From an uncultured Muribaculaceae bacterium (lineage in GTDB: Bacteria > Bacillota_I > Bacilli_A > RF39 > UBA660), in assembly GCA_964529195.1 (NCBI GenBank), contig CAZGWM010000001.1, positions 19,294 to 83,293 of the forward strand: a stretch of 64,000 bases of DNA, given 5' to 3'. A program made the position numbers and the translations under genes. Below are positions 39,693-48,817 of this stretch, piece after piece; position 1 is the first letter of the stretch; each line of letters opens with the position of its first letter. The notes beneath the pieces were generated by a model. The model ran no database searches and was not told the origin of the DNA. It saw only the letters and a program-made list of their open reading frames with translations.

Positions 39693-40550
39693 TTACAAGT
39701 TATTTGTTTTAAATAGAATACTCATCTTTATTGTTTCTTCATCTTGTTTTTCATATAAAGCATATTCTTCATTATTTAATGTAAATAATATATAGTCTTT
39801 TATTTTCATTTTTAATTTTTGACCATTTTTAACTTTAAATAACATTTCAGGATTTAATTCCATTTTAGGATATTTTTTTAATAGCTCTTTTATACTTAAT
39901 ACTTCATGTTTGTTTTCTTTTATTTCATCTAATGTATATGATTTATATATTCCGCCTACTTCTGTTCTTTTTAAATCTGTTAGTGTTCCATAAGTACCAA
40001 GATAATCACCAATATCTCTTATTAAACTTCTTATGTAAGTTCCTTTTGATACTTTCACAGAAACTGTTATTATATTATTTTTTATATTAAGTAATTTAAT
40101 GTTATATATATTTACTATTCTAGATGGAAGTTTTATCTCTTTATTTTCTCTTGCATATTCATATAGTTTTTTTCCATCTATTTTTACAGCAGAATATATT
40201 GGAACTTTTTGATCATATTCTTTAATGAAGTGATTTAAAGCTTTTTTTATTTCCTTTTTGTTTATTTTATATTCTTCTTCTTTTAATACCTCTCCAGTTA
40301 TATCTAGAGTATCAGTTAATATTCCAAGTTTAAAAGAAGCGATATAAGTTTTATCGTCATTTATTAATATATTAGATAATTTAGTAGCTCTTCCAATTAA
40401 ACAAATAAGAACCCCAGTAGCCATTGGGTCTAGGGTTCCAGTGTGTCCTATTTTTTTAGTGTTTAGGATTTTACTTAATTTGTTTACTGCATCTCTACTT
40501 GTATAATTTTTTTCTTTATTAATTACAATTGCGCCATTCATATTAGTCAC
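39693..40550 (-). CDS. truB: tRNA pseudouridine(55) synthase TruB
   Basis: Catalytic Asp motif (GHTGTLDPMATGVL) and TruB_N fold; 285 aa. Confidence 0.9.
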   Translation of the reverse strand: MTNMNGAIVINKEKNYTSRDAVNKLSKILNTKKIGHTGTLDPMATGVLICLIGRATKLSNILINDDKTYIASFKLGILTDTLDITGEVLKEEEYKINKKEIKKALNHFIKEYDQKVPIYSAVKIDGKKLYEYARENKEIKLPSRIVNIYNIKLLNIKNNIITVSVKVSKGTYIRSLIRDIGDYLGTYGTLTDLKRTEVGGIYKSYTLDEIKENKHEVLSIKELLKKYPKMELNPEMLFKVKNGQKLKMKIKDYILFTLNNEEYALYEKQDEETIKMSILFKTNNL

Positions 40551-40884
40551 CTTGGTGGATATTTTTAATTATATTTTCGATTCTTTGTCCATACTCTATA
40601 GATTCATCAAAGATGAATTTTAATTCTGGAGTGTGTCTTATATCTAGTCTTTCAGCTAATTTAGTTCTGAAAAATGACGATGCTTTCTCTACTTCTTTTT
40701 GAACATCTTCTCTATTTTCATCACTTAAATATGTATAATATATTTTGGCTATTCCAAGATCAGGAGCTGCTTCAGCAGCTGTTATTGTTAATTTTTTTAA
40801 ATTTGAATCTTTTGCTTCTTCAAATATTATTTGTGATAATTCACGTACTATTTGTGAAGATATTCGGTCTGATTTTCTTGTCAT
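40543..40884 (-). CDS. rbfA: ribosome-binding factor A
   Basis: KH-like RbfA fold (...LTITAAEAAPDLGIAKIYYT...); 113 aa; operon position after infB. Confidence 0.85.
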   Translation of the reverse strand: MTRKSDRISSQIVRELSQIIFEEAKDSNLKKLTITAAEAAPDLGIAKIYYTYLSDENREDVQKEVEKASSFFRTKLAERLDIRHTPELKFIFDESIEYGQRIENIIKNIHQGD

Positions 40885-42992
40885 CTTTTTACCTCCACTT
40901 CGTGGTATGCCTCAAATATATCAGCTTCTTTAATATCATTATAATTTTCGATTGTTATTCCGCATTCAAAGCCATTTTTAACTTCTTTTACGTTATCTTC
41001 ACCTCTTTGAAGTGATGATATTTTTCCATCATATATTATAACTCCATCTCTTATAATTCTTACCTTTGAGTTTGATTTTATAAATCCACTTGTTATAAAA
41101 GATCCAGCAATTGTTCCAACTTTACTAAATTTAAATAGTTTTCTTACTTCTGCTGTTCCAGTTATTTCTTCTTTAAATTCAGGATCAAGCATTCCTTTCA
41201 TAGCAAGCTCTACTTCTTCAATTAATTTATATATTACTTGGTATAATCTTATTTCAACATTATATTGTTTTGCCATTTCTCTTGTTATGTTTGATGGTGA
41301 TACATTAAATCCAACTATAATAGCATCTGATGCGTTTGCTAAGACAATGTCACTTTCAGTAATAGTTCCAATTCCACTTCTTATTACTTTTATTCTGACT
41401 CCTTCAACATCTATTTTTTCAAGAGAACTTTTTATTGCTTCTTCAGATCCTCTAACATCTGCTTTTAATACAATATTTATTTCTTTTGTTCCTGATTTAA
41501 TTTTGTCAAATAGATCATCAAATGACACTATTTCTTTTTTGGCTATATTGTATTTTGCTGCTTCTTTTCTTTTCTCACCAACTTCACGTGCTTTTTTCTC
41601 TGATTCAAAAGCCATGAATTTATCTCCAGCTGATGGATTATCTGATAGTCCAGTAATTTCAACTGGAGTACTTGGCCCAGCTGATACAATATCATTTCCT
41701 TTATCATTTTTAAGTGTTCTAACCTTACCATATGCTGTTCCAACTACAATAGGATCACCTAATCTTAAGGTTCCATTTTCAATTAGTAAAGTTACAACTC
41801 CACCCATATTTTTATCTATTCTAGATTCAATTACTGTTCCTAGAGCATATCTTGATTCATTTGCTTTTAGTTCATTTACTTCAGATATTGCTAGTATTGT
41901 TTTTAAAAGCTCATCTATTCCTTCTCCGGTTAGAGCACTTATTTTAACAAATGGTATATTTCCGCCCCATTCTTCTGGAGTTATATTAAGACCAGCCATT
42001 GCTTCCATAATTCGATCTGGATTTGCATCTGGTTTATCCATTTTGTTTATAGCAACAATTATTGGCACATTTGCTGATAAAGCATGATCCACAGCTTCTT
42101 TTGTTTGCGGCATAACACCATCATCAGCTGCTACAATTAATATTACAATATCAGTTACGCTTGCTCCTCTTGCTCTCATTTCGGTAAAAGCAGCATGGCC
42201 TGGCGTATCAATAAATGTTATTGGTTTACCTTCACATTTTGTTTGGTATGCTCCGATAGCTTGAGTAATTCCACCAGCTTCACCTGATGCAACACTTTCA
42301 TTTCTAATATAATCTAGTAGTGAAGTTTTACCATGATCAACGTGTCCCATTACAGTTACTACAGGAGGACGGTTTGTTAGGTTTTCTTCTTTATCTATTA
42401 TTTCATATTCTTCAAAGTTAAATACATCTTGTGTTTCTTCTTTTTTTAATACTTTTTTATAGTCTAAAACTATTATTTCAGCATTTTCAAAATCTATGCC
42501 TTGATTTAAATTCATCATTAAACCCAGTGAAATTAATTTTTTTATTAATTCAGTTGGAGGAACTCCTAATGAATTTGCTAGATCACTTACTGTCATTCCT
42601 TCTTTGTATAAAACTATATCTTCATTAACTTCTTCATTCGTCATTAATTTTTCTTTGTTTTTATACATTTGTTTTTTCTTTTCTTGATATTCGTTATCTT
42701 TTTTAGAAACAGGTCTTTTTCTATCTCTTTTTAAATTCTCTTCGTCATCTTCATGATATGAAATTTTTGATTCGTTAATTATAGCTTGAGCTGTATCTTC
42801 TAATATTTCTTCTTCATCTAAATCAATATCAGTATCAGTGCTAATTAAGTTCATTGAGTTATCTAATACAATTATTGTATCATCATCAATCATATCATTT
42901 CCGTTTGTTATTTTTAATCCAAGGTCAGTACATTTATCTAATACTTCTTGAACTGTATAACCCATTTCTGCTGCATATTCTTTAATACTCAT
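40881..42992 (-). CDS. infB: translation initiation factor IF-2
   Basis: G-domain ([29 protein letters not shown]) and IF-2 C-terminal beta-barrels; 703 aa. Confidence 0.95.
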   Translation of the reverse strand: MSIKEYAAEMGYTVQEVLDKCTDLGLKITNGNDMIDDDTIIVLDNSMNLISTDTDIDLDEEEILEDTAQAIINESKISYHEDDEENLKRDRKRPVSKKDNEYQEKKKQMYKNKEKLMTNEEVNEDIVLYKEGMTVSDLANSLGVPPTELIKKLISLGLMMNLNQGIDFENAEIIVLDYKKVLKKEETQDVFNFEEYEIIDKEENLTNRPPVVTVMGHVDHGKTSLLDYIRNESVASGEAGGITQAIGAYQTKCEGKPITFIDTPGHAAFTEMRARGASVTDIVILIVAADDGVMPQTKEAVDHALSANVPIIVAINKMDKPDANPDRIMEAMAGLNITPEEWGGNIPFVKISALTGEGIDELLKTILAISEVNELKANESRYALGTVIESRIDKNMGGVVTLLIENGTLRLGDPIVVGTAYGKVRTLKNDKGNDIVSAGPSTPVEITGLSDNPSAGDKFMAFESEKKAREVGEKRKEAAKYNIAKKEIVSFDDLFDKIKSGTKEINIVLKADVRGSEEAIKSSLEKIDVEGVRIKVIRSGIGTITESDIVLANASDAIIVGFNVSPSNITREMAKQYNVEIRLYQVIYKLIEEVELAMKGMLDPEFKEEITGTAEVRKLFKFSKVGTIAGSFITSGFIKSNSKVRIIRDGVIIYDGKISSLQRGEDNVKEVKNGFECGITIENYNDIKEADIFEAYHEVEVKR

Positions 42993-43013
42993 TTAAGAGC
43001 ACCACCTTTCTTT

Positions 43014-43262
43014 TTATAGCATATTTAATATATCTTCATATATTTTATCTGGTACATTTACTCCAAGTGCTTTATCAAGTGTTTTTCTTTTTATTGCTTT
43101 TTCGATTACTTCTTTTTCTTTTTTTAAGTAGCAACCTTTGCCATTTATTTTACCGGTTAAATCAATTAATACTTCATCGCCTGATTTAACAATTCTAAGT
43201 AATTCATTTTTTGGAAGTTTTTCTCTTGTTACGATGCACATTCTCATTGGAACTTTTCTCAT
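43014..43262 (-). CDS. ylxR: YlxR family (DUF448) RNA-binding protein
   Basis: MRKVPMRMCIVTREKLPKNELLRIV... is the typical YlxR N-terminus; lies between nusA and infB. Confidence 0.8.
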   Translation of the reverse strand: MRKVPMRMCIVTREKLPKNELLRIVKSGDEVLIDLTGKINGKGCYLKKEKEVIEKAIKRKTLDKALGVNVPDKIYEDILNML

Positions 43263-44380
43263 TAATTTTGATTTCCCTCTGCTGTTATTTGTTCAAGTGT
43301 TTTTACTGTTATATGGAATTTTGTAAGTCTACTTGCAAGTTTAATGTTTATTCCTTTTTTACCAATTGCTAGTGATAAATTATCATCATTTACAATTGCT
43401 AGTGCTCTTCTTTCTTTTTCGTTTTCTAATATATTTACTATTACATCTTTAGCTGGGCTAAGTGCATTTGCAACAAACTGAGCTTCATCTTCACTGTATA
43501 AAATTAAATCTATTTTTTCACCATTTAATTCTTTTAAGATACTTCCAATTCTTGAGCCTCTCTCGCCAATACATGTTCCGATTGGATCAATTCGGTTATC
43601 ATTTGTAAATACTGCGACTTTACTTCTTACGCCAGGTTCTCTTGCTACTGCAAATAATTCAATTGAGCCATCTGCTAATTCAGGTATTTCATTTTCAAAT
43701 AATCTCTTTACAAAACCAAAGTTTTTTCTTGAACATAATATTAACGGTCCTTTAGGAGTTGATTCTATTTTTTGAATATATACTTTTATACTTGAACCCA
43801 TTTTTACAACTTCACCAGGTATCATTTCACTTTTAGGAAGTATTCCTCTTGTTCTTCCTAAATCTACGTAGTAGTTTTTATTATCTTCCATTGCTAGGAG
43901 TCCAAGCATTAATTCATCTTGTTTTCCTTCAAACTCTGATATTATACTTTCTTTTTCTGCTTCTCTTATTTTTTGTGTTAATACTTGTTTAGCTGTTGAT
44001 GCAGCTACTCTTCCAAAATCTTTTGGAGTTATTTCTTCTTCTATTGTTTCACCAACTTCAATAGTAGGAAGTATTTTTTTAGCATCTTCAATTAAGATTT
44101 GAGCATCTTCATTTATTTCAGGTTCAGTATATGAAATATTTCCATCTTCATCTACTATTTCATCACCTTCAATATATTCATCTACTGCTACTAAGTATGA
44201 AAATATTTTTATATCACCAGTTGTTCGGTCCATTTTGACTTTTACGTTTGTTTTTGAATCAAAGTTTTTCTTATATGCGGTTATTAAAGCTTGCTCCATT
44301 GCTTCAAATACTACTTCTTCTTCAATTCCTTTTTCTTTAGTTATTGATTTTACCGCTTTGATAAATTCTTTTCCGTTCAT
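43262..44380 (-). CDS. nusA: transcription termination/antitermination factor NusA
   Basis: NusA N-terminal domain, S1 domain and two KH domains; 372 aa. Confidence 0.9.
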   Translation of the reverse strand: MNGKEFIKAVKSITKEKGIEEEVVFEAMEQALITAYKKNFDSKTNVKVKMDRTTGDIKIFSYLVAVDEYIEGDEIVDEDGNISYTEPEINEDAQILIEDAKKILPTIEVGETIEEEITPKDFGRVAASTAKQVLTQKIREAEKESIISEFEGKQDELMLGLLAMEDNKNYYVDLGRTRGILPKSEMIPGEVVKMGSSIKVYIQKIESTPKGPLILCSRKNFGFVKRLFENEIPELADGSIELFAVAREPGVRSKVAVFTNDNRIDPIGTCIGERGSRIGSILKELNGEKIDLILYSEDEAQFVANALSPAKDVIVNILENEKERRALAIVNDDNLSLAIGKKGINIKLASRLTKFHITVKTLEQITAEGNQN

Positions 44381-44634
44381 GAATTTCCTCTTTCTTTACT
44401 TGATATATCAAGGATATATTCTTCTTTTATTATGTCTTTTTCATCTATAAGGGGATTAATTAAATTTGTAGCATCTACAATAGTATCTAAATCAATTCCA
44501 CCTTCTTTATCTAAGATGATTTTTAAAAACTTATAGTTATTCTCAGTTGTATATTCAATTGAATCAACTACAATATTCTTTTCTGATAATGGTTTTTCAA
44601 TTAACTTTTTTATTTCATTTATTTTTTCTTCCAT
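44377..44634 (-). CDS. rimP: ribosome maturation factor RimP, short form (N-terminal domain only, ~85 aa)
   Basis: Start taken at MEEKINEIKKLIE (ATG 44634) after SD GGAGG. Sequence ...FLKIILDKEGGIDLDTIVDATNLINPLID...ILDISSKERG matches the RimP N-domain. The stop overlaps the nusA start, leaving no room for the usual C-terminal domain. Confidence 0.6.
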   Translation of the reverse strand: MEEKINEIKKLIEKPLSEKNIVVDSIEYTTENNYKFLKIILDKEGGIDLDTIVDATNLINPLIDEKDIIKEEYILDISSKERGNS

Positions 44635-44729
44635 ATGTCCTCCAAAAGCAATAATAAAAGCGGGAAGTTTATGTCCCACTTAAATCTGCATATTTATTAT
44701 AGCAAAAGTCAATTAAAATGTAAAGAAAC

Positions 44730-45146
44730 TTATATATCGCCTAACACTAGAGCATTATAATTACTTTCTTCTTCTTTGCTTAAGATAAAATTTTCAATAA
44801 TTTTTATATAAGGTTTTTCTAAAGTAGTTAATTCTATTTCAGATACTACTTTATTTAATTTTTTTGGTATTTCATTATCAAGAGATATATATTTTACTGG
44901 TTTTCCAGATTTTTTTAATAAACTTAGTTCATATTTATGTGTAAAAGTAGTGTTACTTACATCAGCTATTATTATATCAGCTTCATTAATTAACTCTTTT
45001 ACATATCTTGTTTGATATTTCTTTGTTAAAGGTAAAATTAAATCATGTTTTAAACAAATTGGATTACTTAAAACTTCTTTATATATTAAATTATTATAAT
45101 CAATTTTATCTGAATGGACAAAATATATTTTTAATCTTTTATTCAC
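44730..45146 (-). CDS. hypothetical protein (138 aa)
   Basis: Uninterrupted ORF; family not recognised. Confidence 0.45.
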   Translation of the reverse strand: MNKRLKIYFVHSDKIDYNNLIYKEVLSNPICLKHDLILPLTKKYQTRYVKELINEADIIIADVSNTTFTHKYELSLLKKSGKPVKYISLDNEIPKKLNKVVSEIELTTLEKPYIKIIENFILSKEEESNYNALVLGDI

Positions 45147-45218
45147 TTTATCACCCTTTATTTTTTTTAGTATATCACGATGAAGTTAATTTTGCTATAA
45201 TGAAAACAGGTGAAACAC

Positions 45219-46328
45219 ATGAAAATAATTGGTATTATAGCTGAATACAATCCATTTCATAATGGTCATAAATATCATATTGATGAGATTAAAAAGATGT
45301 ATAAAAATAGTTTGATTATTTTAGTTTTAAATGGGTACTTTACTCAAAGAGGTGAAGTTAGTATTTTATCTAAAGAAGATAAAGTTAAAATTGCTCTTGA
45401 AAATAAAGTTGATATAGTTTTAGAACACCCCTTTTTATACTCTTCTAATTCCGCAGACATTTTTGCTGAATCAGCAGTTAGTATTTTAAATCATTTAAAA
45501 GTTGATACAATTGTTTTTGGAAGTGAAAGTAATGATACTAACAAATTAATTTTAAGTGCTAAAAAAATGATGGATAATTTAGCTAATGAAAAAATCAAAA
45601 GTTTTTTAAAAAAAGGTTTTAGCTATCCAGTTTCTTTAGCAAAAGCAAATAAGATTGATATAACTTTACCAAATGACTTACTTGGAGTTTCATATATAAA
45701 AGCTATTTTAAAAAATAATTATAATATAACTCCCATTACAATTAAAAGAACTAATAGTTATCACGATCTTAAAAGTAATGATGAAATAATAAGTGCATCT
45801 AATATTAGAGAGAAATTTAAAAATAATATAAATGTTGATAAGCACACTAATTACAGTAGTTATTTTAATAATATTAACGATGAATTATTATTTGATTTAA
45901 TTAAAACAAAAATTATTACTGATAATAATTTGAGTACATATTTATCTGTTGATGAAGGACTCGATTTTAAATTAAAAAAAGAAATTATTAACGCAAGTAA
46001 TTTAAACGATTTAATTATGTTAGTTAAATCAAAAAGATATACTTATAATAGAATTAGAAGAATGCTTATTCATATATTACTCGGTATAAAAAAAGAAAGA
46101 AATTTAGATATTAATTATGTTAAAGTTTTAGGTTTCAATAAAAAGGGTTCTTCTTATTTAAGAAAAATAAAAAAAGATAATGATTTTTTGATTAATAGAA
46201 AAATTGATTCTTCTTTTGAGGCAGAAAATTTTGAACTTAATGCTTCTTTAATATATGACTTATTATGTAATACTAATACATATAAATATGAAATAAAAAA
46301 TAAACCTATAATTAAAAATATAGACTAA
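45219..46328 (+). CDS. tmcAL: tRNA(Met) cytidine acetate ligase TmcAL (UPF0348/YlbM family nucleotidyltransferase)
   Basis: MKIIGIIAEYNPFHNGHKYHI... is the signature N-terminus of the family; SD AGGTGA before ATG 45219. Confidence 0.75.
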   Translation: MKIIGIIAEYNPFHNGHKYHIDEIKKMYKNSLIILVLNGYFTQRGEVSILSKEDKVKIALENKVDIVLEHPFLYSSNSADIFAESAVSILNHLKVDTIVFGSESNDTNKLILSAKKMMDNLANEKIKSFLKKGFSYPVSLAKANKIDITLPNDLLGVSYIKAILKNNYNITPITIKRTNSYHDLKSNDEIISASNIREKFKNNINVDKHTNYSSYFNNINDELLFDLIKTKIITDNNLSTYLSVDEGLDFKLKKEIINASNLNDLIMLVKSKRYTYNRIRRMLIHILLGIKKERNLDINYVKVLGFNKKGSSYLRKIKKDNDFLINRKIDSSFEAENFELNASLIYDLLCNTNTYKYEIKNKPIIKNID

Positions 46329-46576
46329 AATGAGTCTATATTTATTTTGATATGATTTAATTTATTTAAATATCCATATGCTTGAACCATAGTTCTAATA
46401 GCGCTTGCCATTTTACCACTACGACCAATTACTGCTCCCATGTCATCTGAGTGAACTATTATTTCAAGTAATATTGAACTATCATCTCCACCAAATTCCT
46501 GGACACTTACCATATCAGGATTTTTAACGATATTTTTAACTAAATCTTCAGTAAAAGTAACTAATTCTGTGTGCAT
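46325..46576 (-). CDS. KH-domain RNA-binding protein (YlqC family)
   Basis: 83 aa with a KH motif (VIGRSGKMASAIRTMV); immediately downstream of rpsP as in many Firmicutes. Confidence 0.8.
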   Translation of the reverse strand: MHTELVTFTEDLVKNIVKNPDMVSVQEFGGDDSSILLEIIVHSDDMGAVIGRSGKMASAIRTMVQAYGYLNKLNHIKINIDSF

Positions 46577-46578
46577 AA

Positions 46579-46857
46579 TTACTTACCACTTTTCTTTGTA
46601 GGTGTTTTGTATTTATTCCATACACCACTTTTAGTTAAGATATTTTTTACAGTATTTGTTGGTTCAGCTCCATTATTTAACCATTTTAAAGCTTTTTCTT
46701 CATCAATAGTAACTTTATCTGTTTCAAGTAATGGATTGTATGTTCCAATTATTTCAATAAAGCTACCATCTCTAGATGCTCTTGAATCAGCAGCAACAAT
46801 TCTATAGAATGGTTTTTTCTTAGCGCCCATTCTTCTTAATCTTAATTTAACAGCCAT
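46579..46857 (-). CDS. rpsP: 30S ribosomal protein S16
   Basis: [31 protein letters not shown]... bS16; SD AAGGAGG. Confidence 0.95.
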   Translation of the reverse strand: MAVKLRLRRMGAKKKPFYRIVAADSRASRDGSFIEIIGTYNPLLETDKVTIDEEKALKWLNNGAEPTNTVKNILTKSGVWNKYKTPTKKSGK

Positions 46858-46883
46858 AATATGCCTCCTTCTTAATTAAAAGT

Positions 46884-46912
46884 ATTTTATCAATTATATT
46901 TAAGTAAGTCAA
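46884..46912 (-). promoter_or_regulatory. rpsP sigma-A promoter
   Basis: Minus strand: TTGACT (46912-46907), 17-nt spacer, TAAAAT (46889-46884). The -35 lies inside the palindrome GTCAACC-TTTTTT-GGTTGAC (46908-46927). Confidence 0.55.
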
Positions 46913-46963
46913 CCTTTTTTGGTTGACCCGTTATTTATATGTTATATTTAACTTGGTGATAAA

Positions 46964-47332
46964 ATGGATTGTGTTTTTTGCAAAATAAATAATAATGAAA
47001 TTCCTTCTAAAACTATTTATGAAGATAACGTTCTAAGAGTTATTATGGATAACAACCCTGTTTCTAATGGTCATGTTTTAATTTTAACTAAGGATCATTT
47101 TAAAGATTTTAGTGAAGTTGATTCTCAAACTATTAGTCATATTCATGAAATATCTAAAAAAATCAAATCTTATTTAGAAGATAGTTTAAAACCAGAAGGA
47201 ATAACTATTTTAAATAATTATGGAATTAATCAAGTTGTTAAACACTATCATTTACATTTAATTCCAGTTTATAATCATAACAATTTAAATAATATAGATG
47301 ATATTTATGCAAAAATAAAACGTGTTATATAA
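46964..47332 (+). CDS. HIT family (histidine triad) nucleotide hydrolase
   Basis: Zn-ribbon-like CVFC N-terminus and HIT motif HYHLHLIP; 122 aa. Confidence 0.85.
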   Translation: MDCVFCKINNNEIPSKTIYEDNVLRVIMDNNPVSNGHVLILTKDHFKDFSEVDSQTISHIHEISKKIKSYLEDSLKPEGITILNNYGINQVVKHYHLHLIPVYNHNNLNNIDDIYAKIKRVI

Positions 47333-47346
47333 CACGTTATTTTAAT
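47312..47346. terminator. bidirectional terminator shared by convergent hit and rplT
   Basis: Perfect 20-nt palindrome AACGTGTTAT|ATAACACGTT (47319-47338) overlaps both stop codons; A/T tracts on either side. Confidence 0.65.
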
Positions 47347-47903
47347 GCTACGATTAATTCAGCTTTTTTTAATGTTGAATAACCAGTAAGTTCTCTTTCT
47401 TTTGCAAGTTCTCTTAGTTCTGCAACTGTTAAGCTTGCTAAGTCTTTATCTTTTTTTACTTCAGCTTTTGCTGGAGCTTTTTTTACTTCTTCTTTTACTT
47501 CAGTTTTTACTGCAGCTTTTTTTACTTCAGTTTTTGCTGGGATTTTTCCATTTAAAGCATCTTTTGCTACATTTACAAGTTCAGTAAAATATTTAGGATT
47601 GTCTATTGCTATTTCACTTAATACTTTACGATTAAGATCTACATTTGCAATTGATAGTCCATTTATGAATCTTGAATATGATATGTCATTTTGATGACAT
47701 GCTGCATTTATTCTTGTAATCCATAATTTTCTAAAGTTTCTTTTATTAGCTTTACGATCACGATAAGCATATTCTCCACTATGAAATAATTGTTCTTGTG
47801 CTGTTTTATATAGTCTGTGTTTACTTCCAAAGTAACCTTTTGCTTGTTTTAATACTTTTCTTCTTCTGTTTTTTGAAACAGATCCGCCTTTAACTCTTGT
47901 CAT
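47337..47903 (-). CDS. rplT: 50S ribosomal protein L20 with a C-terminal extension (Lys-rich repeat linker plus Rho_N/SAP-like helix-hairpin domain)
   Basis: Residues 1-~120 are canonical bL20 ([38 protein letters not shown]...). Residues ~120-188 are [28 protein letters not shown] then [31 protein letters not shown], which matches the Rho N-terminal domain signature. Confidence 0.85.
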   Translation of the reverse strand: MTRVKGGSVSKNRRRKVLKQAKGYFGSKHRLYKTAQEQLFHSGEYAYRDRKANKRNFRKLWITRINAACHQNDISYSRFINGLSIANVDLNRKVLSEIAIDNPKYFTELVNVAKDALNGKIPAKTEVKKAAVKTEVKEEVKKAPAKAEVKKDKDLASLTVAELRELAKERELTGYSTLKKAELIVALK

Positions 47904-47914
47904 AATTCATTCAC

Positions 47915-48103
47915 CTAGATAACAGTTTTTAGTCTGTCAGCGTCTCCTTTCGCTAATACTCCCTTATTTCTTCTTTGTCTTACTTGTTTTCCTGTGTCTT
48001 TTGCAGTGTTGTGGTTTCCACCAGATTTTTTAAATGTTAGTGTTCCATTTTTTTTCTTTTTAAAAATTTTGCTACTTGCTTTATGTGTTTTTTGCTTTGG
48101 CAT
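47915..48103 (-). CDS. rpmI: 50S ribosomal protein L35
   Basis: MPKQKTHKASSKIFKKKKNGTLTFKKSGGNH... bL35; SD AGGAGG. Confidence 0.95.
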   Translation of the reverse strand: MPKQKTHKASSKIFKKKKNGTLTFKKSGGNHNTAKDTGKQVRQRRNKGVLAKGDADRLKTVI

Positions 48104-48116
48104 TTTCTATTCCTCC

Positions 48117-48644
48117 TTATTTAATTGGTGCTAAAATCATTGCCATATCTCTACCTGTTAATTTTGGGTTTGATTCTATCGTTGAGCATTCCTTTAATTC
48201 TTCTGAAAATTTTATAAGTACATCTCTACCTAATTCTGTATGAGCCATTTGTCTACCTTTAAATTTAATTGTAGCCTTTATTTTATGACCTTTTTTTAGG
48301 TATGATTCAGCGTTTCTAACTCTAGTGTTGAAATCTCCAATATCAATATTTACTGATAATTGATATTCTTTAATTTCTCTTCTACTAGCTCTTTGGTTTT
48401 TTAATGCTTCTTTTTGTTTTTTCTTTCTTTCATAATTATATTTATTATAATCCATGATTTTCCCTACTGGGTGTTGTGAATTTTCACTCATTAAAACTAA
48501 ATCTAGACCAGCATAATTTGCTAGCGTTAGAGCATCATCGATATCTTTCATTCCCATTTGTTCACCATTAGGACCGATAACCATTAGCTGTTTTACTCTT
48601 ATCTTTTCATTGATTGGTAGATCGTTACTTTTGATATTTGCTAT
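48117..48644 (-). CDS. infC: translation initiation factor IF-3, probable ATA (Ile) start codon
   Basis: IF-3 N- and C-domains (...INEKIRVKQLMVIGPNGEQMG...). A strong SD GGAGGTG sits 6 nt before ATA at 48644. The in-frame ATGs further upstream (48659, 48680) have no SD, and the nearer one is itself part of the SD. Confidence 0.75.
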   Translation of the reverse strand: MANIKSNDLPINEKIRVKQLMVIGPNGEQMGMKDIDDALTLANYAGLDLVLMSENSQHPVGKIMDYNKYNYERKKKQKEALKNQRASRREIKEYQLSVNIDIGDFNTRVRNAESYLKKGHKIKATIKFKGRQMAHTELGRDVLIKFSEELKECSTIESNPKLTGRDMAMILAPIK

Positions 48645-48817
48645 TGTAAGCACCTCCATATAATTAAAAAGTGGATACATAATGTATCCACATAAAAACT
48701 ATTATATTATTAATATACTTAGCTTTTTACCTATTCACTTATATGAATCAGGTGGAATGTGGATACACTCGCTTTCTTTAAAATTACTAGTTAAGTATAC
48801 CATTTTATTTTAAAATG
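48645..48817 (-). promoter_or_regulatory. infC-rpmI-rplT leader with an intrinsic-terminator-like hairpin (L20-type attenuator candidate)
   Basis: Palindrome GTGGATACAT-A-ATGTATCCAC (48669-48689) is followed on the minus strand by TTTTT immediately upstream of the infC SD, resembling the L20-controlled attenuator of the Bacillus infC operon. Confidence 0.45.

Noticed and set aside
41287-42087. 266-aa plus-strand ORF antisense to infB, and many similar 60-150-aa antisense ORFs (e.g. 16806-17267, 24824-25249, 27476-27913, 36561-36842, 29180-29614)
   Set aside because: They lie entirely inside well-supported minus-strand genes and are low-complexity Ser/Phe/Ile/Leu-rich. They lack SD sequences and are the expected by-product of an AT-rich genome, whose antisense frames have few stop codons.
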